From positions 121,138 to 141,137 of the forward strand of contig MEDY01000018.1 of the NCBI GenBank assembly GCA_001724265.1: a stretch of DNA of 20,000 bases, written 5' to 3'. The notes under the pieces were generated by a model. That model was not told the DNA's origin and ran no database searches. It worked only from the letters and a program-made list of their open reading frames with translations. Below are positions 10,769 through 20,000 of the stretch, piece after piece (position 1 is the stretch's first letter; each line of letters opens with the position of its first letter). The position numbers and the translations under genes are program-made. Origin of the DNA: Rhizaria sp. SCN 62-66. Taxonomy: Eukaryota.

Positions 10769-12774
10769 TCACTCAAGCGGAGGCAGGTCATCCTCATCAA
10801 CATTGAGACTCTTCATGAGCTCAGCCAACGCAGCACTCGTCTGCTTGTCAGCAACCGCAGCAGACCCCTTAGCGTCAGAGGACGCAGACCCCTTAGCGGT
10901 AGAGGACGCGGCCCCCTGAGCCTTGTTAACCGTGCGCGCGCCCGCCTGCTCGCGCGCCTGCTGCTGCGCAATAACAGCGTTGGTGCGGCGCTCAATCTCG
11001 TCGGCCTCGGCCGCGGCGCGCTGCGCGAGCAGCTTCGCGGAGACGCGCTCGGTCTTGGCCGAGATGCCACAGCTCGCGCCACTCGCGCTCGCGCTCGCAG
11101 TCGCAGCGGAGCTTAAGCTTGAAGCAGGCTTGGTGTTATTGGTCGCGCTACTCGCGCTCGCGCTCGCCTGATTCGGCATCGAGTCAATCAGCTCGGCTTC
11201 AGCATCGCCACCGTCGTTATAGGCGCCCTTGCGATGGCCACTGCTGGCGCTGCAGCTGTTTGCGAGCGATGAGATGGATCCCGTGGCGTAGGGCATCGTG
11301 AGCACCAGCAGTCCCGTGGTGACGTGCCGCTGCACCTTGCACTGCGACACGACGACTTCGCGCTCAAAGTGCAGCAGCAGCGACTTGCCTTTGATGAGGC
11401 ACTGGAACCACGTGGGGTGGACGTCGACGTCGATCGCGCTCGTCTCGAGAAACTTGGGCGCCGCGATCTCGGCCACGCAGCTCAGACCGTCGGGAGAGTC
11501 CTAAAGAACGAGGAAAATGCATGCAAATGGTAGATAGTGAGAGAAAGGCGATTATGCCGACACATGAAGAGATGAAACAAAACAACGATACGAGACAATA
11601 CAAAGAGGTAGTGATCGAATAAACATGTTTCGCAATCAAACAATAATATCTGCGCAGTGCTTACCTTAAGAGTGAAGTGCATCTTGCTGGGGTTGCGCTG
11701 CGTGGGCCGCTCGCCGTCGGGTCCCTCCACAGCCTTTTGGTTCAGCTTATCATACGCTTCCTTGACTAAATCCGGCGCTGGCGCAAAGCGCTCGTTGGGC
11801 TTCTTCTTCTCTTCCTCGCGCTGGCGTTGCTGCTCAACCTCCTCGAGGTACATGGCTGCGCGGTTGGCAGGGGAGTACCGCCAGGAGTACCGGTCGATGT
11901 CTTTCTCGAGAGCCTCGAAGTCGACGCTCGCCAACTCGCCATCTGCGTCGTCGTCGTCGTCGTCACTACAGTTGCCGTTGTCGCAGTTGTTACAGACGGC
12001 AGCAGCCGTCTCCTCCTCCTGCTCCTCTTTTTCGTTGTCCTCAATGAGCTCGACAGTGGCGCCGCCAGTGTTGTCGCTCTCAGCAGCCTGAGCAGCTGCA
12101 GCAGCAGCTTTAGCCTTGGACACGCGAGCAGCCTTCTTGCTTGCTTTCTTGCTTGCCTTGTTGCTCTTAGCCTCGCGGTAAGCCTTGGCCTTCGCGAGCA
12201 AGTCAACCTTCGCCTGCTGCTGCGCGCGCTCAGCGAGCCGCTGCTCGATCGCTGCCGCGAGCTTTGCCTTGATCATCGGCAGGTGCTGCTCGGCCATCAG
12301 CCGTTCCGTCTTGGTCACGTCCTTGCCGTCGAGCTTCTGCAGGCGCGGCAGCGAGGCGATGGTAAACGCGCGGTAGTCGGGGAAGTCGGTGCAGGGGTTG
12401 CCAGTAAGATAGAGGTCATTGAAGAACAGCAGGTCCTTGAGTGCGGCGAGAGACGGGGCGAGGGCGTCGACATCGATGAAGTTGACAGTCAGGTCCAAGC
12501 GCTCGAGTTTCTCGCAGCCCTCGACGCCCTCGATAAGCTGGATGTTGTTAAGGGCGAGGTTAAGGTAGCGGAGCTCCTTGAGCTTGTTGAGGTTCTCCAG
12601 CTTGCTGATGAGGTTGTTCTGGAGGTACAAGATGCGCAGGCGACGGCAGATTTGGCCAAGGAGCTCGATCCTCTCCAGGTGCAGCTGGTGCAGAGAAAGC
12701 TCCTGCAAATCGGCCAGGAGACCGGTGTGGTGCTCGCTCTTTTTAAGGATGAGCTCCTGAGTAATGCGCGGCAT
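10769..12774 (-). CDS. DNAAF11: Dynein axonemal assembly factor 11 (LRRC6/tilB/Seahorse family), 613 aa. Exons 12774-11665 and 11500-10769
   Basis: N-terminus MPRITQELILKKSEHHTGLLADLQELSLHQLHLERIE...LYLQNNLISKLENLNKLKELRYLNLALNNI...LDLTVNFI...LYLTGNPC...LDGKDV is the characteristic LRR plus LRRcap. After intron 11664-11501 (GTAAGC..TTTAG, phase 0) comes the CS-like domain PKFLETSAIDVDVHPTWFQCLIKGKSL...LLVLTMP. The C-terminus is DDLPPLE and the stop is TGA. Confidence 0.95.
10860..10925 (-). repeat. 24-nt coding tandem repeat (~2.7 copies) in the DNAAF11 tail
   Basis: GCAGACCCCTTAGCG(TC/GT)AGAGGAC units encoding AQGAASST-AKGSASSD-AKGSA. Confidence 0.8.
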
Positions 12775-13153
12775 GACACGGGGCTGATTTAGAAGCGGGG
12801 CAAGTAATTGAGTGGAGCGATAGAGGCTTGCTGATCAACAGATAGTCTCGGTCTCTTCAAGTAAGTGGCTACTACGCAAGGCAAAGCATTTAGAAAATAA
12901 TAAAACAAAATTAAGAATAATTATAAGCATAAATCGCATTTTCACCTGGCATCGTCCTATTAACGGATCTTGTGCTGACTTATGGATAAAACACGATGGG
13001 TCATAACGGCCGACATTCAAAATGGGAACTTGCTCGATGTCAAAGCACTTGTGGTAAAAATACTATAATGTGGAGTAGCGTGAAGATATAAGTGTTTATT
13101 GAGATAAGTGTCGTAATAATAATTTGACAATTTTGAATATTAGCTAAATAATC

Positions 13154-13567
13154 TTAAATAAGACTCGCAATCGACGATCCCGAGTACTTATTATTGTTGT
13201 TATTGCCCGCACCGCTGTAGCCGCCGCCGTTGGCGCTGTAACCGCCGCCAGCGGCGCCGTTGTTGTTGGCATGGGCGTTCGAGTTGGTGCTTCGAGCACT
13301 CGACCGCGCAGTGTTGGCGACGGTCACCGAGGCGGACGAGCGCGACGACACGAGCGGCTTGCTGCCGTGCCCGCCGCTGCTCACGGTAACAGCAGTCTGC
13401 TGCGGCGCGGACGCGAACGCGCTGTTGCTGCCACTGCCGTTGTTGTGATTATTTGAAGGAGACTCAGAAGCAGTGCCGTCGCCAAAGGATGCGTTGTTGA
13501 GATACTGCAAGTACCCATCCGTCGCACTCCCACTCGAGTTGCCGCTACTGATGCCCGGGTAAGCGCC

Positions 13568-13617
<50 letters not shown>

Positions 13618-15137
13618 GGGGCTGGGCCGAGGGGATGCGTGGCAGCATCGCAGGCACCGCATTGCCGCCACTCGAGCTCGCAGTAGCGTTCCCGGCGCTC
13701 GTGTTGCTAGGCTGATGCTGTTGCTGTTGTTGCTGCGACTGTGATTGTGCGCTGCTCGGGTGACTTGAGTTCGCGCCAGTGCTATTGTGAGCGGCACTGC
13801 TACTGTGCACTGCGACTGAGGCACTGGCGCCACGAGGGGGGCGGATCCCGGACCGCGCGCTCGGGCTCACAGCACCAGCACTCGCACTGGCACTGGCATT
13901 CGCACCCACAGCAGCGTTGCTACGCCGGCTGCTCGCCGCTGCAGGCGCCGCCGACTGCTGCTGCTTCTGCTGCGGCTTACTGTAGCTGTTCGTGGCGCCG
14001 TCGTCGTTGCTGTTGTCGATAGCCGCAGCAGTATCGTCGTCACCGTCTTCCTCCGGCACGGCGGCTGTGTTGCCCGCGTGGCTGCCGCGCGCGGCGTTTG
14101 CACTCGAGCTGTTGCTGCTAACTGTGCCAGAAGTGGTGCAGTTCGCGGCGGCATCGTAGCTGCCCGTCTCCTTGACGCGGTCGATGATGAACTGCAGCTT
14201 CCCTTTCATGCCCTCCTCGACCTTGCGGCGCAGCGCCTCGCTCTGCTTCACCTTGCCCTCCAGCGCCGCGATCTCACCGTCCTTCTTGTGCAGCTGCTCC
14301 GTCAGCGACGCCGCGACGAGCGTCTTCTCCGCGGTCGCCACATGCAGCTGCTGAGTCAGCAGAGCCAGCCGGGTGTCCTTGTCCTTGTTCGACGCGCCAG
14401 GGCCGAACACATCGTTGCTGGCGTCGCCGCCGCCGCCGCGCGCGTTGCCGCCGCCGCCGCCGCCGCTGCCGTGGGCACCGGCGCCGGCACCACGGCCGTT
14501 GAGCCGCCGCTCCAGCGTCTGCAGACGCGATTTGGTCGACTCGAGCTCCAGCTTGGCCACATGCGCCGCCGCGGTGAGCTCCTTGACCTTGTCATTTGCC
14601 GCCTTGCCCTGTGCCCTGACGCGCTCCAGCTCCTTCTGCGCCTCCGACAGCGACAGAGACGCCGACTCACGGTCCCAGGCCACTGCGACGGCCTCAAGCC
14701 CGGCCGCCAGCTTCTGCTTCAGCGCCGCGGCCTCGGCCTGCGCGGCCACCGCCGCCGCAGCGGCCTCGGCGGCCTCGGCCTGCGACGCCTTGAGCTGCTG
14801 GGTGACCGCGAGCAGGTCCGCGGCCGTCTTCTTCGCGCTGCGCACGGTCTCGCTGGTGATAAGCTTGGCCGCCTCGGCGAGCTTCTCCTTGAGCGCGGCG
14901 ATCACGCTCTCGTCGCCGTCGCTCTTGGCCAGCAAAACCTTGATCTTGCCGCGCAAGTCCGACGCCTGCGTCTCGACCACTGTGAGCCGCGCGCGCGCCG
15001 CCTTGGCTTTCTCCTTGGCGGAGGCCGCGTCGGCGGTCGCGGCGTCGAGCGCGGCGCTGAGGGCCGCCACGTCGTTGGCGTTGCGGCGGGTCGCCACTGT
15101 GCTCGCGCTTTGCTGCTGCTGCTGCTGGGTGATGGCC

Positions 15138-15174
<37 letters not shown>

Positions 15175-18100
15175 CAGAGCTAGTGTTGTTGCTATTGTTC
15201 ACGGCGCTCGTGCGAGCAGCGTACTTGCTCGCGTAGCTTGTGTTGCCGTCGTCGTCCTCGTCGTCGTCCTCGTTGCTGCCAACTTCACCGTCGTCATCGT
15301 TCACGTTGTTGTCACTGTCGCCGTTGTCAGGCTGCTGCTGCTGCTGCTGCTGCTGCTCGGAAGCCGCAGCCGCAGCCGCGGCCGCCGCAGCCGCAGCGGT
15401 CGCGGCCGCCTGCCTGGCCGCGGCGGCCTCCGCGGTGACCACGTCCAGCCGGTCCTGCAGCTCCTTGACCTTGCCCTTGGCGATGACCAGCGCCTCGGAC
15501 CGTGAGCGCCATTTGGTGTTGTTGGGGTCGGCGACGAGCGCGTCGACCAGGGCGTCGTCGCCGATCTCGCGGGCCAGCAGCGCGCGCAGCTTCGCGACCT
15601 CCTTGGCGGCCGTGCTCTGCGCCGTCAGAAGGCGCGACGTGCGCGACAGCTCAGCGTTGTACCGCTTCTGCGATGCGAAAAATGTAACATAAACAAACAG
15701 AATCAAAGCCATATAAATTGGGTGTAAGACAATACTTCGCAAAAGCATAATGTTTAAGTCGTATCCACACTATAACAGAATTCAAGTCAAGTAAATCAGG
15801 TATATGCATGTGACTCAAAATGTCTTGTTCTAGTGATGTCCGTACCTTCCAAAGCTCAGCATTGCTCTCGACCGCGGCCGCCGCGTCCTCGGCCTCCCCG
15901 GGCAGCAGCAAGGCCGCGGCCTTCTTGACCGGCTTCCCGCCGTTGACCGCGCTGCCGCCGCCGCCGCCGCTGAACTCGATCCCACGCGCCTGCAGCTCCG
16001 CCTCGGCGGCCTCCGCGCGGACCCGGCTCTGCTCCTCGGCCTTGCGCGCGGCCTCCTCGGCTTTGCGGGCGCGCGACGTGGCAGCGCGCTCCGTCGCCAG
16101 CAGACGGCCCATCTCGCGGTTCTGCTTCATGAGAGATTTCTGCAGCTCGTACTCCGGCTGCGCGCGCAGCGCGTCGATGTCGGCCTGCAGAAATAGAAAT
16201 GAAGGAAGCATACAAAATAATGAGAATTTAGGGCAAAAATATCGAATATTAATTTTATATGCCTATTTTTAATTGAATAATAAAAGTTCATGCGGAAATG
16301 TGAGGATATGATAGATATATGCTCGTTTTAGTGATATATATGTCGCCCCCGCGTACCTGCATGGCGACCACGGCGTCGGCGAGCTCCGCGACTTCCTCCG
16401 TGCGCGTCTCGAGCGCCTGCTCCACCGCGGCCTTCTCCTCCTGCAGCGTCAGGATCTGCGTCGCCTGCGCCAGCAGTAGCTCGGTGTCCTCAACCGACCG
16501 CGCCGCTGCAACAGGCGCGGCCACCGCGGCTGGGGCTGAGGCTGGTTCGTGGTGCGCGCCGGCGGCAGCGCTCAGGGACGGAGACAGCGCGGCGATCGCG
16601 GTGACTTTGCCGCCCGCGGCTGGCTTGCTCGCAGCAGCGGGCGCTGCAGGCTTCTTGCCCGGGAGGCGCGGCTTAACTTTCGACGGGTCGGCGGCCTCGC
16701 TGCCCACGGTCACGGCGGGCGCAGCGGCGTTGCCACCCTCTACGGCGCTGGTCGGCGGCGCCAGCGCGGCGAGCACGGTGCCGCCGTTGCTGGCGCGGAG
16801 GGCGACCCGCGCGACGACGGTCGGGGCGCCGGCGCTGGCGCCGCCGGCGGTTGCGCTAACATTAACGCACGCACTGGCGTTAGCAAGTGCTGGAGCAGCG
16901 TCGTCGTCGCTGTTGTCGTCGTCTTTGGCGCTAATGGCAGCGCTCGCGCTCGTGGCGAGCGGGCGAGAGGCAGATGACACGCGGACACGCCCATTGCCAG
17001 CAGTCGCAGCGGAGGTGGGCTTCACTGCGGCACCTGTGACACCTGTGGCACCTGTGGTGCCTGTGGCAGGACTCGTGGTGGCAGAAGCACCAGCAACGGC
17101 GGCAGTCACCGCAGGAGCGGGGACCTTTTTAGAGGCGGCGGTCCTCGCATTGGCGACAGGCGCCTTATTCTTGGCACTAGGGCTTTTCGCACGCGCACTC
17201 GCACTCGAACTTACACTGGCATTTGCATGCGCACTATCGCTGTGGCCCGCATCGACTGTGGCGTCATTGTTGCTCTTCATGACAGTATTGCTTTTGGCAG
17301 TTGCTGTTGCAGTGGTATCTGACTCAAGCTCACCGATGATGGCGTCAAGCTCAGCCATGCTCATGCCAGCGATGTCCGCGGTGTCGCCCTTAGACGCAGC
17401 GGCCGCAGCGGGCTGGGGCTCAGCAGCAGCCTTAAGTGCGGGCTTGAGCTGTGTGGCGGCAGCGGTCTTAGACGCGGCACCCTTAGACGCGGCACCCTTA
17501 GACGCAGGGGCGGGCTTGGACTGAGCAGTAGGAGCAGCATCCTTCTCCTTCGTGTGGCCATTGTTGGCGGCAGGAGCGTTCTTGCTGCTGCTCGCACTCT
17601 TGGCATGAGCGCTGCTGTCTGCGTAACCGCCATTGCTAGAGCTGTAGCCGCCGGCACTACTCGCGTAGCCACCACCATTGCTGTTATCATCATTATCGTC
17701 CTCATCATCATCATCAGCGTCGTTATCATTGTCGCCATAACCGTCGGTGTGTTTGTTGGAGCGAATGTTGTTAGACGCATTGGTGTTGTGCTGGTAAAAC
17801 TCGTCGTCCGTGGTCAAGTCATCGTCACCGTCGTTGTTATTGCTCTTGTTTTGGTTTGCATAGCCGTAACTCGGCAACTCAGCGCCGAAGTCGCCGTTGT
17901 CGTCGTCATCGTCGTCATTCGCGTCAATATCTCCGACATCACCGGCCATGTCAGCATAGCCGCGGCTTGCACTCGGGCGACCGCTGCTAGCACCAGCGTT
18001 GGCAGCTGCAGGCGCGTCTTTGTCCTTGCTGCTGTTGTTGCTGCCAACAGTCTTGCTTGAGGTAGAGGCAGCAGATGCAGTGGCGGGGGCGGCGACGGGG

Positions 18101-18348
18101 ACGCGATTTGCTGCCGCAGCAGAGCCAGTGGGAGCGGCTGGCTTTGCTGCAGCAGGTTTCTTCGCGCCAGCAGCAGCTGCCGGCTTTGAAGTGACGGACT
18201 TGGTGGGCTTGGACACAGCAGCGGGCGAGCGGGCTGAGGAGCTCGAATCTCCAGCGTGGCTGTCGTTGTTGTCGGATAAATCGCCGAGGCCATCGTAATC
18301 AGCGCCAGCGCCACCGCTGTAAAGGTCGTCATGTGGAGAACGACTCAT
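13154..18348 (-). CDS. CCDC13: CCDC13-like coiled-coil protein (centriolar satellite/cilium) with long disordered N- and C-terminal extensions, 1614 aa. Exons 18348-16357, 16184-15846, 15667-13154
   Basis: Introns 16356-16185 (GTACGC..TGCAG) and 15845-15668 (GTACGG..CGCAG) are both phase 0, and the exons are 664, 113 and 838 codons. Motifs LLAREIGDD...KWRSRSEALVIAKGKVKEL and AKAARARLTVVE...KIKVLLAKSDGDESVIAAL resemble, from memory, the CCDC13 conserved blocks (ExGE...WRGRAQQI; ARxxxL...LxxKxxxDDxLIxAL). Stop is TAA. Confidence 0.75.
13574..13615 (-). repeat. (AACGGC)7 hexanucleotide repeat encoding (NG)7
   Basis: Seven perfect GCCGTT units on the plus strand. Confidence 0.95.
15137..15173 (-). 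repeat. GCC trinucleotide run encoding poly-Ala, next to a CAG poly-Gln run
   Basis: (GCG)n on the plus strand, adjacent to (TGC)n at ~15111-15127. Confidence 0.85.
17467..17506 (-). repeat. 15-nt coding tandem repeat (ASKGA)x2.6
   Basis: CTTAGACGCGGCACC repeated twice plus a partial third copy. Confidence 0.85.
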
Positions 18349-18788
18349 TTGCGCGGGTGAAAGACAGTTAGAAATCGGCGTAGAGCGCCAGAAGGGGATG
18401 AAGAAGGGAGCTTCAGCAAACCGTTATTCGCTCGCTGAGGGCAATGCAAGAGACTCTCCTGTGGACGCTAGAAATCAAAACAGAGACAGGAAAAAACAGA
18501 AAAGATGTAAAAACAATATTAGTTGTTAGATGTCAAACCAGGTAATCTTGGGATAGAGTGAGGGTGGCGCATGAGTCATGCTCTTTTCAAATGGAATTAA
18601 CCTTGAGCTCTCTAATACAACACTTGCTGTCTTCGGCATCTCGGAACTTGAATAATCATGAAAGTGATTGTATGCACAGGTTAATGATAGAGACCTGACT
18701 GTTGCACCGGCCAACATGCAGTAAATGATTTATTAACATGTGTTTTGCGTTACTTTAACCTGTTGAGCCTGCTTTATACTGATTAATA

Positions 18789-19540
18789 ATGTGTTTTTAT
18801 GGTGTGTGCTGGAGGTGCAACGGGTTTGAACTTTGCTTCGCTCACCACACCGACATCGCCACCTGCACGTCCAGCTGGCGCTGCACTGGCGTTACTCCGC
18901 GCAGTTTGACGACGAGGCCGAGTGCACCATCAACAAAGAAGTTGTCAAGCGCGGTGTTACCACGCGCCCTGGCGTCTGCGGCACCGGTTTCTTCAACGCC
19001 ACATGCAGCCACGTGGGAAAGCACTGCCCGCACTACCGACCTCACTACCTGGGCCTCCAGTCTCAGACGTCAAGGTGACCGTGCGCGTCACGCCGCTTAA
19101 CTACACCCTCGCCATCAACGCCGGCCAGGAGGCACTTGGCGCCCGTGAAATCTCGCTCAACGCCGCCGTGCTCCCTTTCTTTCCTGGCAGACCGCATCCT
19201 ATTCGGACTTTCTAACTAGGTTTTGTACGGTTACAGACTTTGTAACTGTGTCCTCCACCGTCAAAATGGGCTCTCTCTGTGACGCCACATGCGCCAACGG
19301 CGGCACCTGCGACAATAAGCACCCCGCAAACGCCGTGCAATGTAAGCCCGGCCACAAGGACGAGGACTGCGGTTCTCATTTCGCCAACCTGTCTCGTGCT
19401 CCCAAGCCCCTTATCCGCGCTTGCTTTCCTAGGCAAGGCTATGGAGGCTGAAGAGTTCGTGCTTTGGTTGACGACGACCAAGGCTGATCAGTGGCTACTC
19501 CGTGGTCATCTACTGCGAGGTGCTTCAGCACCGGCATGAT
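18789..19540 (+). pseudogene. Probable degenerate fragment of a Cys-rich, EGF-like extracellular protein gene
   Basis: GC-rich, C-ending codon bias. Protein-like text switches frame near 18900 and 19018 (…ATCTSSWRCTGVTP / QFDDEAECTINKEVVKRGVTTRPGVCGTGFFNATCSHVG / KALPALPTSLPGPPVSDVKVTVRVTPLNYTL). After a TTCTAAC..TTACAG acceptor (19236) comes CDATCANGGTCD...QCKPGHKDEDC, an EGF-like motif lacking one Cys. No clear start codon or GT donor. Confidence 0.5.
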
Positions 19541-19689
19541 GGCCCACTCCAACACTGACTCCGATACTATTAATACTACAAAGTACTCGAAGTACGAATT
19601 TTCTTCATGACTCACAGGTTCCACTCACTTTATTAATCAGGAATCACTACTAATAACGTTAATTTCACCGTCACAATGTTTTATGAATG

Positions 19690-19848
19690 GGCAGGTGGAA
19701 TTAGCGGACGATTCGACGACAAATGATTGACAGCAAGCAGGCTTCGCCCTGCTTTGTAGTCATCAATACATGCTTCCTCAGCTGCAACTAGCGGATGAGA
19801 CCAGAGTGTGTAAGTCGTCAAGGTTGGGTTCGACTCCCAGCGCTGCCA
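19690..19848 (+). ncRNA. Candidate RNA polymerase III tRNA-like structured RNA (~160-170 nt), identity unknown
   Basis: A-box-like TGGAATTAGCGG (19696-19707) and B box GGTTCGACTCC (19827-19837). Stems: GGCAG/CTGCC, GAAT/ATTC, GACGAC/GTCGTC, and TTGGG-TTCGACT-CCCAG. There are two long internal hairpins and a T5 run downstream. Confidence 0.65.
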
Positions 19849-19857
19849 GCATCTCTC

Positions 19858-19862
19858 TTTTT
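19858..19862 (+). terminator. Putative Pol III terminator (T5)
   Basis: TTTTT begins 10 nt after the 3' end of the acceptor-like stem of the candidate RNA. Confidence 0.5.
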
Positions 19863-20000
19863 GCTTGACTTAATACTACTGCTACTGGTAATTCGGCCAT
19901 CGCTGGTGCCCTGAGGCACATCATCGCAAGAATCCCAAGATATGTCGCACTCGTGTTGGATCAGTGTGAGCGTGATGGCTTGGCTGCGACGATTGAGCAA

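Noticed and set aside
13154-13156. Ciliate-type code with both TAA and TAG as Gln
   Set aside because: No in-frame TAA occurs in any reconstructed exon, and TAA at 13154 falls where coding composition gives way to AT-rich sequence, so TAA appears to be a true stop.
14078-15505. Long plus-strand ORFs (475 aa here; also 11827-12792 and 16319-17524) and the minus ORF 1630-2244
   Set aside because: Antisense shadows of GC-rich, codon-biased genes on the other strand, with no protein-like motifs.
19777-19799. CTA in the ncRNA candidate as a UAG-suppressor anticodon
   Set aside because: The CTA (19788-90) is mostly in a stem next to a 4-nt loop, not centred in a 7-nt anticodon loop.
19690-19848. 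tmRNA, suggested by GATTCGAC near the 5' end and a T arm at the 3' end
   Set aside because: No G3-U70 alanine identity pair, far too short for a tag ORF and pseudoknots, and in a nuclear context with a Pol III-type T run.
19818-20000. Minus-strand 60-aa ORF at the window edge
   Set aside because: Short, truncated, has no motif and overlaps the T arm of the RNA candidate. It cannot be supported, although a gene end from outside the window is not excluded.

Overview
Gene-dense nuclear DNA of a eukaryote, probably a flagellated protist with mitochondrial complex I. Exons are GC-rich and low-complexity, and are interrupted by eight short (104-178 nt) AT-rich GT-AG introns. In order, the window holds: the 3' part of an NDUFA12-family gene (NDUFAF2-like); a membrane-anchored Ser-rich protein; a ~2200-aa DOT1-like SAM methyltransferase gene whose fold is split by huge insertions; an ambiguous coding-like island; the ciliary genes DNAAF11/LRRC6 and a CCDC13-like gene (both minus strand); a frameshifted EGF-like pseudogene; and a structured tRNA-like RNA candidate. 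Two observations stand out. (1) The 4.4-kb last exon of the methyltransferase gene has two in-frame TAG codons, both in Gln-rich tracts and both between the two halves of the catalytic fold, while all five gene ends seen use TAA or TGA. This suggests UAG is read as sense (probably Gln). (2) At 19690-19862 a Pol III-type tRNA mimic has its anticodon loop replaced by two long hairpins. All calls are from manual reading, with no database searches.
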